Assembly: GCA_964437555.1 (NCBI GenBank)
Contig: CAYTHI010000004.1
Span: 1 to 60,924 of the forward strand
Length of the DNA: 60,924 bases
Source: Candidatus Woesearchaeota archaeon
GTDB taxonomy: Archaea > Nanobdellota > Nanobdellia > Pacearchaeales > GW2011-AR1
Direction of reading: 5' to 3'
The notes under the pieces were generated by a model. That model had not been told where the DNA came from. It saw only the letters and a program-made list of their open reading frames with translations, and searched no databases. A program made the translations under genes and the position numbers. Numbering within the stretch: the first letter of the stretch is position 1; every line of letters begins with the position of its first letter. Shown here piece after piece: positions 53,010-60,924 of the stretch.

Positions 53010-54206
53010 TTAATAAGTGAGATAAAAAATTATTGTAGGCAGAATTAGGGAGCCCATAAGATTTATTCTCTTTGTTTTAGAGCTTATAGCAAAAATTCCT
53101 AAAGCTGTTGATGTCAGAAGAATTAGCAATCCACTTATTCCTGAAAAAGTCAGGGTAAGAGAAGAGATTATTATAAGGATTATTATATTTAATATTTTAT
53201 AATTTACTTTTCCCAGCAATTTAGCGAAATTTTTTGAGATTATTATTGTTATTATAAAAGAAACTAGTCCTGAAATAAAGATGATAAGAAGGATAATCAT
53301 AAGGTTTTCCGTTTTTATTTCTCCCAATATTTGCTTTATTGCCAAAGCTGAGCCGCTTCTTGTCCTGTTTATTGCATATAGAGCAACAAAGCTCACAGAC
53401 ATAACTATGGTGTTAATTGCGCTAACAAGAATTATGAATCCTTTTCTTGTCTGCTTTACTATTTCCGAACTTATGAATGAAGAATGGCCTGACCCAATCC
53501 CAGGCAGAAAAGAGAGGAACGGAGAAATTAAAACAGCAGGGATAAGAGCCATTTTTACATCTTCTTTTTCTATTTTAATACTTTTTAGAGGCAGGAGCTC
53601 TTGCTTGGGTATTTCTACCTTATTTTTTAAAGAAATTATTAACGATGATGCTCCGAAGAGCCCGCTAAGAAGAGGCAATATTGGCTGATTGTTAGGTATT
53701 GAAAATGAAAAGATGCCTAAAAATCCAGAACATAGGAAGATGAAGGCAGGAAGCACGGGATTTTCTTCTCTTGCAATAACATATAGGGAGACAAACAGCA
53801 GGATAAACGGAATCAGATGATTCAGAGCCTGATAAATTGCTGGAATCAGAAAAATCATTAAAGGAACCGAAAGCAACGCTAAAATTACTCCGAGGAAAGA
53901 GCCAACGGCGCTTAAAATAACTGCCTCATGGCCCTTTCCTTCTCTCAGCATTTGATGTCCCGGCAGGACCGCGAGGAAAGTATCTTCATCAGGGGCGCCA
54001 AGAAAAATAGAAGGAATAAAATCAAGAAAAGTATGAGTAATGGACATCGCAACAATGAAGATTACCAATATTACAGGGCTAAAGCCGGTTTTTTCCGCAT
54101 AAGAAAGCAAGGATGCTGAAATAAGATTTATATGCAATCCCGGAATTAAGCCTGTGATTGTTCCTGCAAGGATGTCCAAGACAAGAGAGATAAGGAATTC
54201 CAGCAT
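53010..54206 (-). CDS. Polytopic membrane protein, TctA/DUF112-like transporter candidate
   Basis: 398 aa, almost entirely hydrophobic helices. Repeated G..PG(L/I)(H/G) motifs (GLIPGLH, FLPGIGSG), as I recall for the TctA family. Confidence 0.4.
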   Translation of the reverse strand: MLEFLISLVLDILAGTITGLIPGLHINLISASLLSYAEKTGFSPVILVIFIVAMSITHTFLDFIPSIFLGAPDEDTFLAVLPGHQMLREGKGHEAVILSAVGSFLGVILALLSVPLMIFLIPAIYQALNHLIPFILLFVSLYVIAREENPVLPAFIFLCSGFLGIFSFSIPNNQPILPLLSGLFGASSLIISLKNKVEIPKQELLPLKSIKIEKEDVKMALIPAVLISPFLSFLPGIGSGHSSFISSEIVKQTRKGFIILVSAINTIVMSVSFVALYAINRTRSGSALAIKQILGEIKTENLMIILLIIFISGLVSFIITIIISKNFAKLLGKVNYKILNIIILIIISSLTLTFSGISGLLILLTSTALGIFAISSKTKRINLMGSLILPTIIFYLTY

Positions 54207-54218
54207 TATATTGAACAG

Positions 54219-54743
54219 CTAAATGGATTTATAATTTTTTAATATTTTATATGCGGGCTTTTGTTTTGTTAGGACAGATTCTTTCAATGCAAAAGAATTA
54301 GCCTTAAAGCCCAGCTTATTATATTTTATATCAGCTATTGCTTTTTGAAATTCTTCTTTGCTTTTTATTTGCTTTATCCTTGCTATCGTCAGATGAGACA
54401 TAAATCTTTTTTCAGGCAGGAATAACTCTTCTAAGGCCTTATCTATTTCTCCTTGCAACTTATCTGCGCCGCTTATTTTAAGCCAGACAATTTTTGGTGT
54501 TCCTTTATAATCAAATGTTCCTATTTCTCCGAATGATAAATTCATAGCTGGAAACTTTATTCCGGACAGGAGAGAGTTTATCTTTTCGAGCATTTTTTCA
54601 TCTATTTTCCCAAGGAATTTCAAAGTAAGATGCAGGTTTTCTTTTTCTATCAGCCTGCCATTGAAAGCTGGAAGTTTTGATTGGATTGCCTGAATTTCTT
54701 TTACTGCATTTTCCGGGAAATCCAAAGATATAAAGGCGCGCAT
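54219..54743 (-). CDS. thpR: RNA 2',3'-cyclic phosphodiesterase (ThpR/LigT, 2H family)
   Basis: Two HxTx motifs: HLTLKFLG and HLTIAR. 174 aa. Confidence 0.85.
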   Translation of the reverse strand: MRAFISLDFPENAVKEIQAIQSKLPAFNGRLIEKENLHLTLKFLGKIDEKMLEKINSLLSGIKFPAMNLSFGEIGTFDYKGTPKIVWLKISGADKLQGEIDKALEELFLPEKRFMSHLTIARIKQIKSKEEFQKAIADIKYNKLGFKANSFALKESVLTKQKPAYKILKNYKSI

Positions 54744-54744
54744 T

Positions 54745-55941
54745 TTATTTAGGAACTATTGCTGTGGTGCTGTATTCTTTAATGATTTTTTTTGCTAATT
54801 CTTTGACTTCTTCTATCTTGATTGACTTCACTTCTTTTTCATATGCGTAATAATCTTCTGCTTTTGTTGATAATTCTGAAAATAACAGTTCGTTCATGAC
54901 ATTCAGGCTTTCTTCGGCAGACACTTTTTTCAGGCCAATTAATCTTTCCTTTGCCTCTTTCAAATCTTTTTCATCCATTTTTTCTATGTCTTTAAATCCC
55001 TGCAGAATGAGTTTTTTTACTTCCGGAATTGCTTCTTTTGTTGTTCCCACATAAATTGTATAATGAGAATAATTTTTTTCTGTTTCTAAGGAGCTTTTTA
55101 CGCTATAAGCCAATCCTCTTTTTTCCCTTATCTCTAAAAACAATCTGGAGGACATTCCATTGGCAAGATAAGCATCCAGAACATCAAGAATAGTATGCTC
55201 TTTTTCATTTGCCATCGGAGCATGCATTCCCAAGATAAAATGCGCCTGGTCCAATCCGTTCCTTTCTTCAACAGAGTCTGCATTTTTCTTTATTATTTTT
55301 ATCTCGGGAAGATTCTTTTTTTCCTGCTGGAAGTTCTTTTCAAGGTATTCACAGACTTTTTCTATTTCTGCTTTTCCAACAATAGAAACAATGAAGTTTT
55401 CAGAGGAATAGTTTTTTTTGAAATAATCTGCAACAAAATCCCCGTTCATATTGCCTATTGTTTCTTTTGTTCCTATAACTCCGATTCCGAATGGTTTTTC
55501 ATAAAGGTTTTCTAGTATTTTGTCATAGATATGCCTTTGAGGCATATCGTGATACATCTTTATTTCCTCTATTATAACTTTTTTCTCTTTCTCAAATTTT
55601 TCCTTGTCAAATTTTGAATTTTTCAGCATGTCTGTTAATATTTCCATGCCGGCCATTAAGTGCTCTGACGGAAGCTTAAACCAGTAGCTTGTTACGTCCT
55701 GGGAAGTGAAGGCATTAAGGATTCCGCCTTTCTTTTCAATCTCACGGGAAATGTCTTCATGAGTTCTTTTTTTAGTTCCTGTAAACAACAAATGCTCTAT
55801 GAAATGCGCAATTCCCTTTATTTCTTTTTCCTCATAGGCTGCTCCAAACCTGTTTGCTATGCTGAAAGAGACCACGGGCAAGTCTCTTTTTTCATACAAA
55901 ACAGTTATTCCGTTTTTTAATTTGTATTTTTTGAAATTCAT
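54745..55941 (-). CDS. M16-family (pitrilysin/insulinase-like) zinc peptidase
   Basis: Inverted zinc motif HFIEH (HxxEH) followed by the downstream Glu region. 398 aa. Confidence 0.85.
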   Translation of the reverse strand: MNFKKYKLKNGITVLYEKRDLPVVSFSIANRFGAAYEEKEIKGIAHFIEHLLFTGTKKRTHEDISREIEKKGGILNAFTSQDVTSYWFKLPSEHLMAGMEILTDMLKNSKFDKEKFEKEKKVIIEEIKMYHDMPQRHIYDKILENLYEKPFGIGVIGTKETIGNMNGDFVADYFKKNYSSENFIVSIVGKAEIEKVCEYLEKNFQQEKKNLPEIKIIKKNADSVEERNGLDQAHFILGMHAPMANEKEHTILDVLDAYLANGMSSRLFLEIREKRGLAYSVKSSLETEKNYSHYTIYVGTTKEAIPEVKKLILQGFKDIEKMDEKDLKEAKERLIGLKKVSAEESLNVMNELLFSELSTKAEDYYAYEKEVKSIKIEEVKELAKKIIKEYSTTAIVPK

Positions 55942-55991
55942 TAGACGAATAATCTGATTCGGTATATAAGTGTTTTTACGTATTTGTATAT

Positions 55992-56465
55992 TTATCTTCT
56001 TTGCCTTAAAGCTGCTCTTCTTCCCGTAGATACTATGCTTATTATGGCAAGAGGTATTGCGTCTTCAGTTCTATGTAAAAATTTGTATTGTCCTGGCTCG
56101 TCCATGCCTTTTAAGTCAGATAGATTGTAAACGGCAATAACTTTCCGTGCTTTTTCGGAAAAAACATTTTGAACAGGTCCTCTATCCCAATAAGTGCCGG
56201 CGCCATCACACAAGCTTGTTAAACCAATTCCTTCCAGTATTTCTCTACCCCTTATCACATAATGGAGCTCAATTTGTGAAGGATTTTTGAGCTTATGCCT
56301 TAATGGAACTCCCCAGAATTCATCTGCTCGGATTATTTCCAGCCCGTAATCAGACTTTAATCCTTCGTGTTCCATATGTCGTACAAGAGCGTCGTATTCA
56401 GCTTTTATATCGCTTTCAACATCTTTAAAGTCAAAGATTAATATTCTTTGTTCCAGCAAAGCCAT
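55992..56465 (-). CDS. Hypothetical protein (157 aa)
   Basis: Clean ORF, no motif recognised. Confidence 0.35.
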   Translation of the reverse strand: MALLEQRILIFDFKDVESDIKAEYDALVRHMEHEGLKSDYGLEIIRADEFWGVPLRHKLKNPSQIELHYVIRGREILEGIGLTSLCDGAGTYWDRGPVQNVFSEKARKVIAVYNLSDLKGMDEPGQYKFLHRTEDAIPLAIISIVSTGRRAALRQRR

Positions 56466-56535
56466 GTTATTATCTTAAAAATTCATTATTTAAACATTTA
56501 GTTAGTTTTTTAATGTCTGCTTCCCGATTGGTATT

Positions 56536-57444
56536 ATGCCGGTAAATGCAGGATATGAGTATTTTGAAGTTGAAAAACATTATTTAGAAGCTAAGACATT
56601 GGATGATAAAATATATTGGCTGGAGCAGATGATTAGGAAAGCGCCCAAGCACAAATCCAGCGAGAATATGCTTGCAGGGCTGAGGTTGAGGCTGAAGAAA
56701 TTTAAAGGACAGCTTGAAAAAGCCAAGAAAAGCGGGGGAGGAAGCAAGGGAATAAGAAAGGAAGGCTTTCAAGTTGTATTAGTAGGAAAAACAGGAGGAG
56801 GGAAATCCTGTTTGCTTTCTAAAATAACAAATGCTTCTCCTCGGATATCTGAATCTCCTTTCACTACAACTTATCCTGAAGTGGGAACTATGAATTATGA
56901 AGGAGTTAGGACGCAGATAGTTGATATCCCTTCTATTGGAAGTACTGGATTTGATATAGGTTTAGTTAATAATGCTGACTGTCTTTTGCTTGTTGTGCAG
57001 GATATTGATGAGCTGAAAGAAATTGAATCTTTTATTCCAAGAGCTTTTGGAAGCAGAATAATTGTCATTAATAAAATTGATTTATTGGATTATGACGAGA
57101 AAAGAAGGCTCGATGCAAGATGCAGAGCTTCAAGATTGAAGGATTTTGTTATTGCCAGCTGTTTTTCCGGAGAAGGGCTTGATGAATTGAAGAAAATGAT
57201 TTTTGAGAAGATGAAAGTCATAAGAGTTTATACTAAAGAGCCGGGAAAGAAGGAATCTAGAATTCCTGTTGTTTTAAAAGAAGGAAGCAAAGTCAGGGAT
57301 GTGGCTGAAAGCATTCTTAAAGGATTTTCCGAGAAAGTCAAGGAGATAAGATTAACAGGGCCGTCTGCTAAATTTACAAACCAAAGAGTCGGTTTAAGCC
57401 ATGTTCTTAAGGATAAGGATATTGTAGAATTTCATACTTATTAA
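56536..57444 (+). CDS. OBG/DRG-family GTPase with C-terminal TGS domain
   Basis: G1 GKTGGGKS, G2 region FTT, G3 DIPS, G4 NKID. The C-terminal RVGLSHVLKDKDIVEF is typical of TGS. Confidence 0.75.
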   Translation: MPVNAGYEYFEVEKHYLEAKTLDDKIYWLEQMIRKAPKHKSSENMLAGLRLRLKKFKGQLEKAKKSGGGSKGIRKEGFQVVLVGKTGGGKSCLLSKITNASPRISESPFTTTYPEVGTMNYEGVRTQIVDIPSIGSTGFDIGLVNNADCLLLVVQDIDELKEIESFIPRAFGSRIIVINKIDLLDYDEKRRLDARCRASRLKDFVIASCFSGEGLDELKKMIFEKMKVIRVYTKEPGKKESRIPVVLKEGSKVRDVAESILKGFSEKVKEIRLTGPSAKFTNQRVGLSHVLKDKDIVEFHTY

Positions 57445-57631
57445 CTATAATTTCTGGATTATTATCTCATTGTTCGCCAACCTATCAGTGTTATTCATAG
57501 TTAGAAGGAGGATTATCACTTACTGAAATTATTATCTCTAATACGCTTGATATCTTTGATAATTAGCTTTTAATTTACTTACTTTATGTCCCTAGGGCTA
57601 ATAGTAGAGAGGAAGCCAAAATCAAAGATAA

Positions 57632-59221
57632 TTATTGGTTCTTCTTTTTCATGAAGAACCAGGCAATCAATGCTATAACTATGACTATTCCTATTATCCA
57701 TACTATAATTGATGAGCCCCGTGATTTTTCTTCTGCAGCAGGAGCAAGAGGCATTTCTTCATGTATTGATTTGGCTGTAACTGTGGCCATGCTTCCTTCT
57801 ATTGATTCTAAGGTTACTCTCAAGTCATAGAAGTTATCATCTGTAACTTCAAAGTCCTTTGTTTCTCCGACATTCATTGTAACTTCCTGTGGAGTTGATG
57901 AAACCATTATTGTTGCGCTATCTGCACTTATTTCAGTTACGCTTACAAGATGTGTTTCTCCCTCAATTGTCACTTGCAATTGATTAGTTGTATCTAGGGC
58001 GGTTGTGTATCCTGCTTGCAAATCAGAACTTTCTACAACAATTGTTTCTTTTTCTGTTTCTTCTGTTGCTTCAGAGCCGGATGTTGATGAACTGCTTGAA
58101 CTGGATGAGCTGGAACTGCTACCGCCGCCCGAGCTCCCCTCTACGCTATAAGTAAATGTATCGCTGGCTTCGTTTTCCGCCAAGTCTCTTGAAGTGCATG
58201 TGGTCTCGAAGCTTGGGCCGGATTGAGTTGTTGAAGGATTTTCCGTAAATGAAACTCCGCTTGCTCCGTATGAAGTGTTTACTCCAGAAGTTGTATCACT
58301 AGCAGAGCAGGTGCATGTAATAGTTTCTCCCTGTTGTACAGGATTAGGAGTGCATGAAAGAGTTACTGCGGGAGCTGTGTTGTCTATCTTTATTTTTCTA
58401 AGTACGCTAACTGAGGCAACGTTTGAATTGTTTGCAGTAGTATTGAAGTTCCCTGCTGTGTCATTGACGAATACAGAAATATTATATGTTCCATCTAAAT
58501 AATGCGATAGGTTTATGCTGGTGCTCCAGAAAGTGGTCGTTCCTTCTTTCGTCGCAGTTACAACAGTTATATTTCCGCTAGTGCCGGATTCGTTTATTAC
58601 GTTGAATTGTACTGTGCTTACATTCGCAAGGGCATCATCTGCAGAAGCATTTAGCACCAAGTTCCCTCCTTGGCTTGCTGTTGAATAATTGCTTCCGCTT
58701 GTCAGTGTTTGTATTGCTGCTGTTCTCGGCTCTGTGTTGTCTATTATAATTGTTGTCATATTGCTTATATTTACGGAAGGCGTGCTGGCTGTTCCGCTGT
58801 GATTGCTTACTGTGGCATTTATTGTGTAAATTCCGTCCGGAACTTTAGAGCCATTTTGCAGTACCGAAATATTAAGATTCCCAGCACAGAAAGAACCCCC
58901 TCCAAGACCAGTTCCATTGACGCAGTTCGAGGAGTTACCAAGAATTGCCCAACCGGCAGTAAAATTAACGTAGAATGTTGCGTTGATTGGACCCCAGATG
59001 TCTGTTCCGTTTAAGAAAGTCACATTGAAAACTACTCGAGTGGAGTTGGCTATGGCATTCCCGACATTTCCTGAGAAATTTTGCCCGTTTGCAGGAGTTA
59101 TTATTTTCATGCCTACATTGCTACTAACCGCAGCCATTGCAAGCCAAGTCAACAAAACAGCAGCCAAGATTGCGAAGAACAGTATTGGCACCAGATTTTT
59201 TTTCACCACTTTTTTTGACAT
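57632..59221 (-). CDS. Surface (S-layer-like) glycoprotein candidate with C-terminal membrane anchor
   Basis: N-terminal signal/anchor. About 25 N-x-S/T sequons by my manual count. Ser-rich linker GGGSSSSSSSSSSSTSGS. C-terminal hydrophobic helix followed by KKKNQ. Confidence 0.6.
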   Translation of the reverse strand: MSKKVVKKNLVPILFFAILAAVLLTWLAMAAVSSNVGMKIITPANGQNFSGNVGNAIANSTRVVFNVTFLNGTDIWGPINATFYVNFTAGWAILGNSSNCVNGTGLGGGSFCAGNLNISVLQNGSKVPDGIYTINATVSNHSGTASTPSVNISNMTTIIIDNTEPRTAAIQTLTSGSNYSTASQGGNLVLNASADDALANVSTVQFNVINESGTSGNITVVTATKEGTTTFWSTSINLSHYLDGTYNISVFVNDTAGNFNTTANNSNVASVSVLRKIKIDNTAPAVTLSCTPNPVQQGETITCTCSASDTTSGVNTSYGASGVSFTENPSTTQSGPSFETTCTSRDLAENEASDTFTYSVEGSSGGGSSSSSSSSSSSSTSGSEATEETEKETIVVESSDLQAGYTTALDTTNQLQVTIEGETHLVSVTEISADSATIMVSSTPQEVTMNVGETKDFEVTDDNFYDLRVTLESIEGSMATVTAKSIHEEMPLAPAAEEKSRGSSIIVWIIGIVIVIALIAWFFMKKKNQ

Positions 59222-59278
59222 TTTAATACGATTTATTTATAATCTGAATGAGTTTATAAATCTTACTCTGATTTAATG

Positions 59279-60355
59279 TTAGGAAGAAATAAGAGAACTT
59301 CTGACTTTTTCCTGCAGGAGTTTTGCTTTTTTATTTTTTCTGAAATGTTCTCTCGTTGGTTCTAAAAGCCGATTTATGTATCCGGCCATTGACATTTTTA
59401 AATCAAGAGGATGAATTTTTCCTTCGATGTATTTTTCTTTTAATTCATCGTAATTTTTAATTTTGAGATTTCCGCCGAATTTTTCAGGCCTTTTTATTGT
59501 AATTGACTTGTATTTTTCAAATACTATATATTTTGCATATTCAAGGATAGGATTATCTTTTTCTTCCTTTTCAGGACAAAAAGCTTTTTTGAATTTTTCA
59601 ATTACTTCTTGTTTTGAATCTGTCATGAATATTGCTGATTCCGGCTTTGATTTTGACATTTTCAACTCAATTTTTTTGTCTATTCCTTCAGCTTCTGTCC
59701 TTTTGTGCTGAAGGCCGAGAAGCATATGATGATGTATCGCTATCGGCGGCTTCAATCCAAGTTTTGGAAATAATTCTCTGGCGAGAGCATTAACTTTTCT
59801 TTGGTCTAACCCTAATTGAGCTATATCTGCTTTCAGATGATGTATGTCTGCCGCCTGCATTAACGGATATAATATCTGTGCGGAAGGATTACTAATGCTA
59901 TCTTCTCTTCCCATAACCTGTCCGCATCTTAAAACCCTCCGGACTGAAGCATTTTTGGAAAGCTTCAAGACGGTCTCCCAGTATCCGGGAGTTTTATTGA
60001 TGAATTCAGAAGCCCAGACAAATTCAACATTTTTCAAATCCATTCCGCACGATTTCCAAACTTCTATAAAATATTCTCCGACTGTTTTTATCTTATCTAA
60101 GTCTCCATTCATCTTATTGTTGAGCATTGCAAACCAGTCGGCAACGAGGAATTTGAAATGAATTCCTAAAGAGGTCATTTTGTTCACAGTAATTGCTCTC
60201 ATCAGTCCCTGCGCTATGTGCATCTGCCCAGATGGCTCAAAGCCGTCGTATGCAATTATTTTCTTTTTATTTTTTAATAAATTTAGTAATTCATCTTCTG
60301 TAATTATTTCTTCTGCGAAAGTTTTTATTACCTTTAATTTTTGCCTTACATTCAT
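59279..60355 (-). CDS. tyrS: Tyrosine--tRNA ligase
   Basis: Class I motifs GFEPSGQMHIAQG (HIGH-like) and KMSKS. The C-terminal IKRPEKFGGNL...IHPLDLK aligns by eye with M. jannaschii TyrRS (IKRPEKFGGDL...LHPMDLK). Confidence 0.85.
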   Translation of the reverse strand: MNVRQKLKVIKTFAEEIITEDELLNLLKNKKKIIAYDGFEPSGQMHIAQGLMRAITVNKMTSLGIHFKFLVADWFAMLNNKMNGDLDKIKTVGEYFIEVWKSCGMDLKNVEFVWASEFINKTPGYWETVLKLSKNASVRRVLRCGQVMGREDSISNPSAQILYPLMQAADIHHLKADIAQLGLDQRKVNALARELFPKLGLKPPIAIHHHMLLGLQHKRTEAEGIDKKIELKMSKSKPESAIFMTDSKQEVIEKFKKAFCPEKEEKDNPILEYAKYIVFEKYKSITIKRPEKFGGNLKIKNYDELKEKYIEGKIHPLDLKMSMAGYINRLLEPTREHFRKNKKAKLLQEKVRSSLISS

Positions 60356-60402
60356 TAGTTTATAATAGAAAATTAGTTTAAATCTTTATTGCTTTTCTTA
60401 TT

Positions 60403-60723
60403 ATGAGAAAGATTTCATTTTGCATAACTTTTATAGGATTAGCTCTGCTCTTTGCAATAATTTTGCTTGCTCCTGCCAAGAATGTTGTAAATCTTCAGGA
60501 TATGAAGGATTTGAAGTTAAATGAGAAGGTTTTTCTTTCAGGAAATGTCAGCGAACAGAGAGATAATGAGGGATTTTTGATTTTGAAAATAAATGACATC
60601 AATGTTATCTGCAGAAAATGCAAGGGCAATTATTTTGGAAAGACAGCGCATATTAAAGGGTTTGTAAGCGAGTATGAAGGGGAAAGGGAAATAATTGCCT
60701 TGAATTTGGAGGCCGGAGGATAG
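60403..60723 (+). CDS. Membrane-anchored OB-fold-like small protein
   Basis: 106 aa. N-terminal hydrophobic helix, then a beta-rich region resembling tRNA_anti-type OB folds. Weak call. Confidence 0.35.
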   Translation: MRKISFCITFIGLALLFAIILLAPAKNVVNLQDMKDLKLNEKVFLSGNVSEQRDNEGFLILKINDINVICRKCKGNYFGKTAHIKGFVSEYEGEREIIALNLEAGG

Positions 60724-60924
60724 TTTTTATAGGAATATTGTTAAGTTGTAGAACAATCGCTTATTATCTGTTTATTCATCCTCTCTATTATATTTGATGG
60801 GATGAGCTTATGCCAAGAAGTCTCCTCAACTTCTTGAACATCCAAAAAACTAAACTTAAAGTTTTTTTGATTAATCCTTCCGCAAGAAATCCTTGGCTTT
60901 CAAGCCAATGAATGAATTGCGGTA

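Noticed and set aside
58090-58130. Ser-codon repeat and the 12-bp repeat at 38924-39060 as non-coding satellites or CRISPR-like repeats
   Set aside because: Both are in-frame within long ORFs and have no unique spacers. They are coding low-complexity repeats.

Overview
This is an AT-rich archaeal chromosome segment. The gene content is an archaeal r-protein/RNAP operon, PolD, Orc1/Cdc6, SecDF and an intron-containing tRNA. Genes are small and tightly packed or overlapping, which suggests a small-genome (DPANN-like) archaeon; that taxonomy is inference only. Layout: (i) 0.07-16.8 kb is a surface-glycan island with a flippase, two sugar-1-P nucleotidyltransferase/SDR pairs, two DegT aminotransferases, a WbpB/D/E-like trio, GT4, GT2, a GT-C-like membrane enzyme, GNAT, a methyltransferase, a WbuC-like cupin, and a P-loop ATPase / frameshifted HAD / Nudix-like trio. 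(ii) 17-32 kb is housekeeping: SecF-SecD, three tRNAs (one with a canonical BHB intron), cmk, an orphan 5S rRNA, Rpp21, RpoN, L21e-RpoF-DUF655, S13-S4-S11-RpoD-tRNA-L18e-L13-S9, XerA-like recombinase, a pilin-like gene plus secreted metalloprotease, FKBP, and a RecJ/Cdc45-like DHH protein. (iii) About 32-40 kb is an accessory island. It carries RelE-type and UPF0175/PIN(DUF3368)-type toxin-antitoxin pairs, an AbrB-like fragment behind twin palindromes, three small winged-helix genes, a helically phased CTGTTT/AAACAG iteron-like array, an embedded copy of the chromosomal ORB origin motif, and a glycine-zipper repeat protein. No integrase is visible in it. (iv) 40-45.4 kb is an Lhr-type helicase and metallophosphoesterase module, split by a single-gene AAA+ (COG1373-like) cassette bounded by perfect 98-bp direct repeats that duplicate the 3' end of lhr. 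(v) 46.2-52.8 kb is a replication island with inverted ORB elements around an AT-rich DUE, then orc1/cdc6, PolD small subunit and PolD large subunit. (vi) 53-60.9 kb holds a membrane transporter-like protein, ThpR, an M16 peptidase, a DRG-type GTPase, a heavily sequon-decorated S-layer-like protein and TyrRS. I saw no CRISPR array and no IS transposase. All family names come from motifs recognised by eye; no database search, HMM or RNA covariance model was run.
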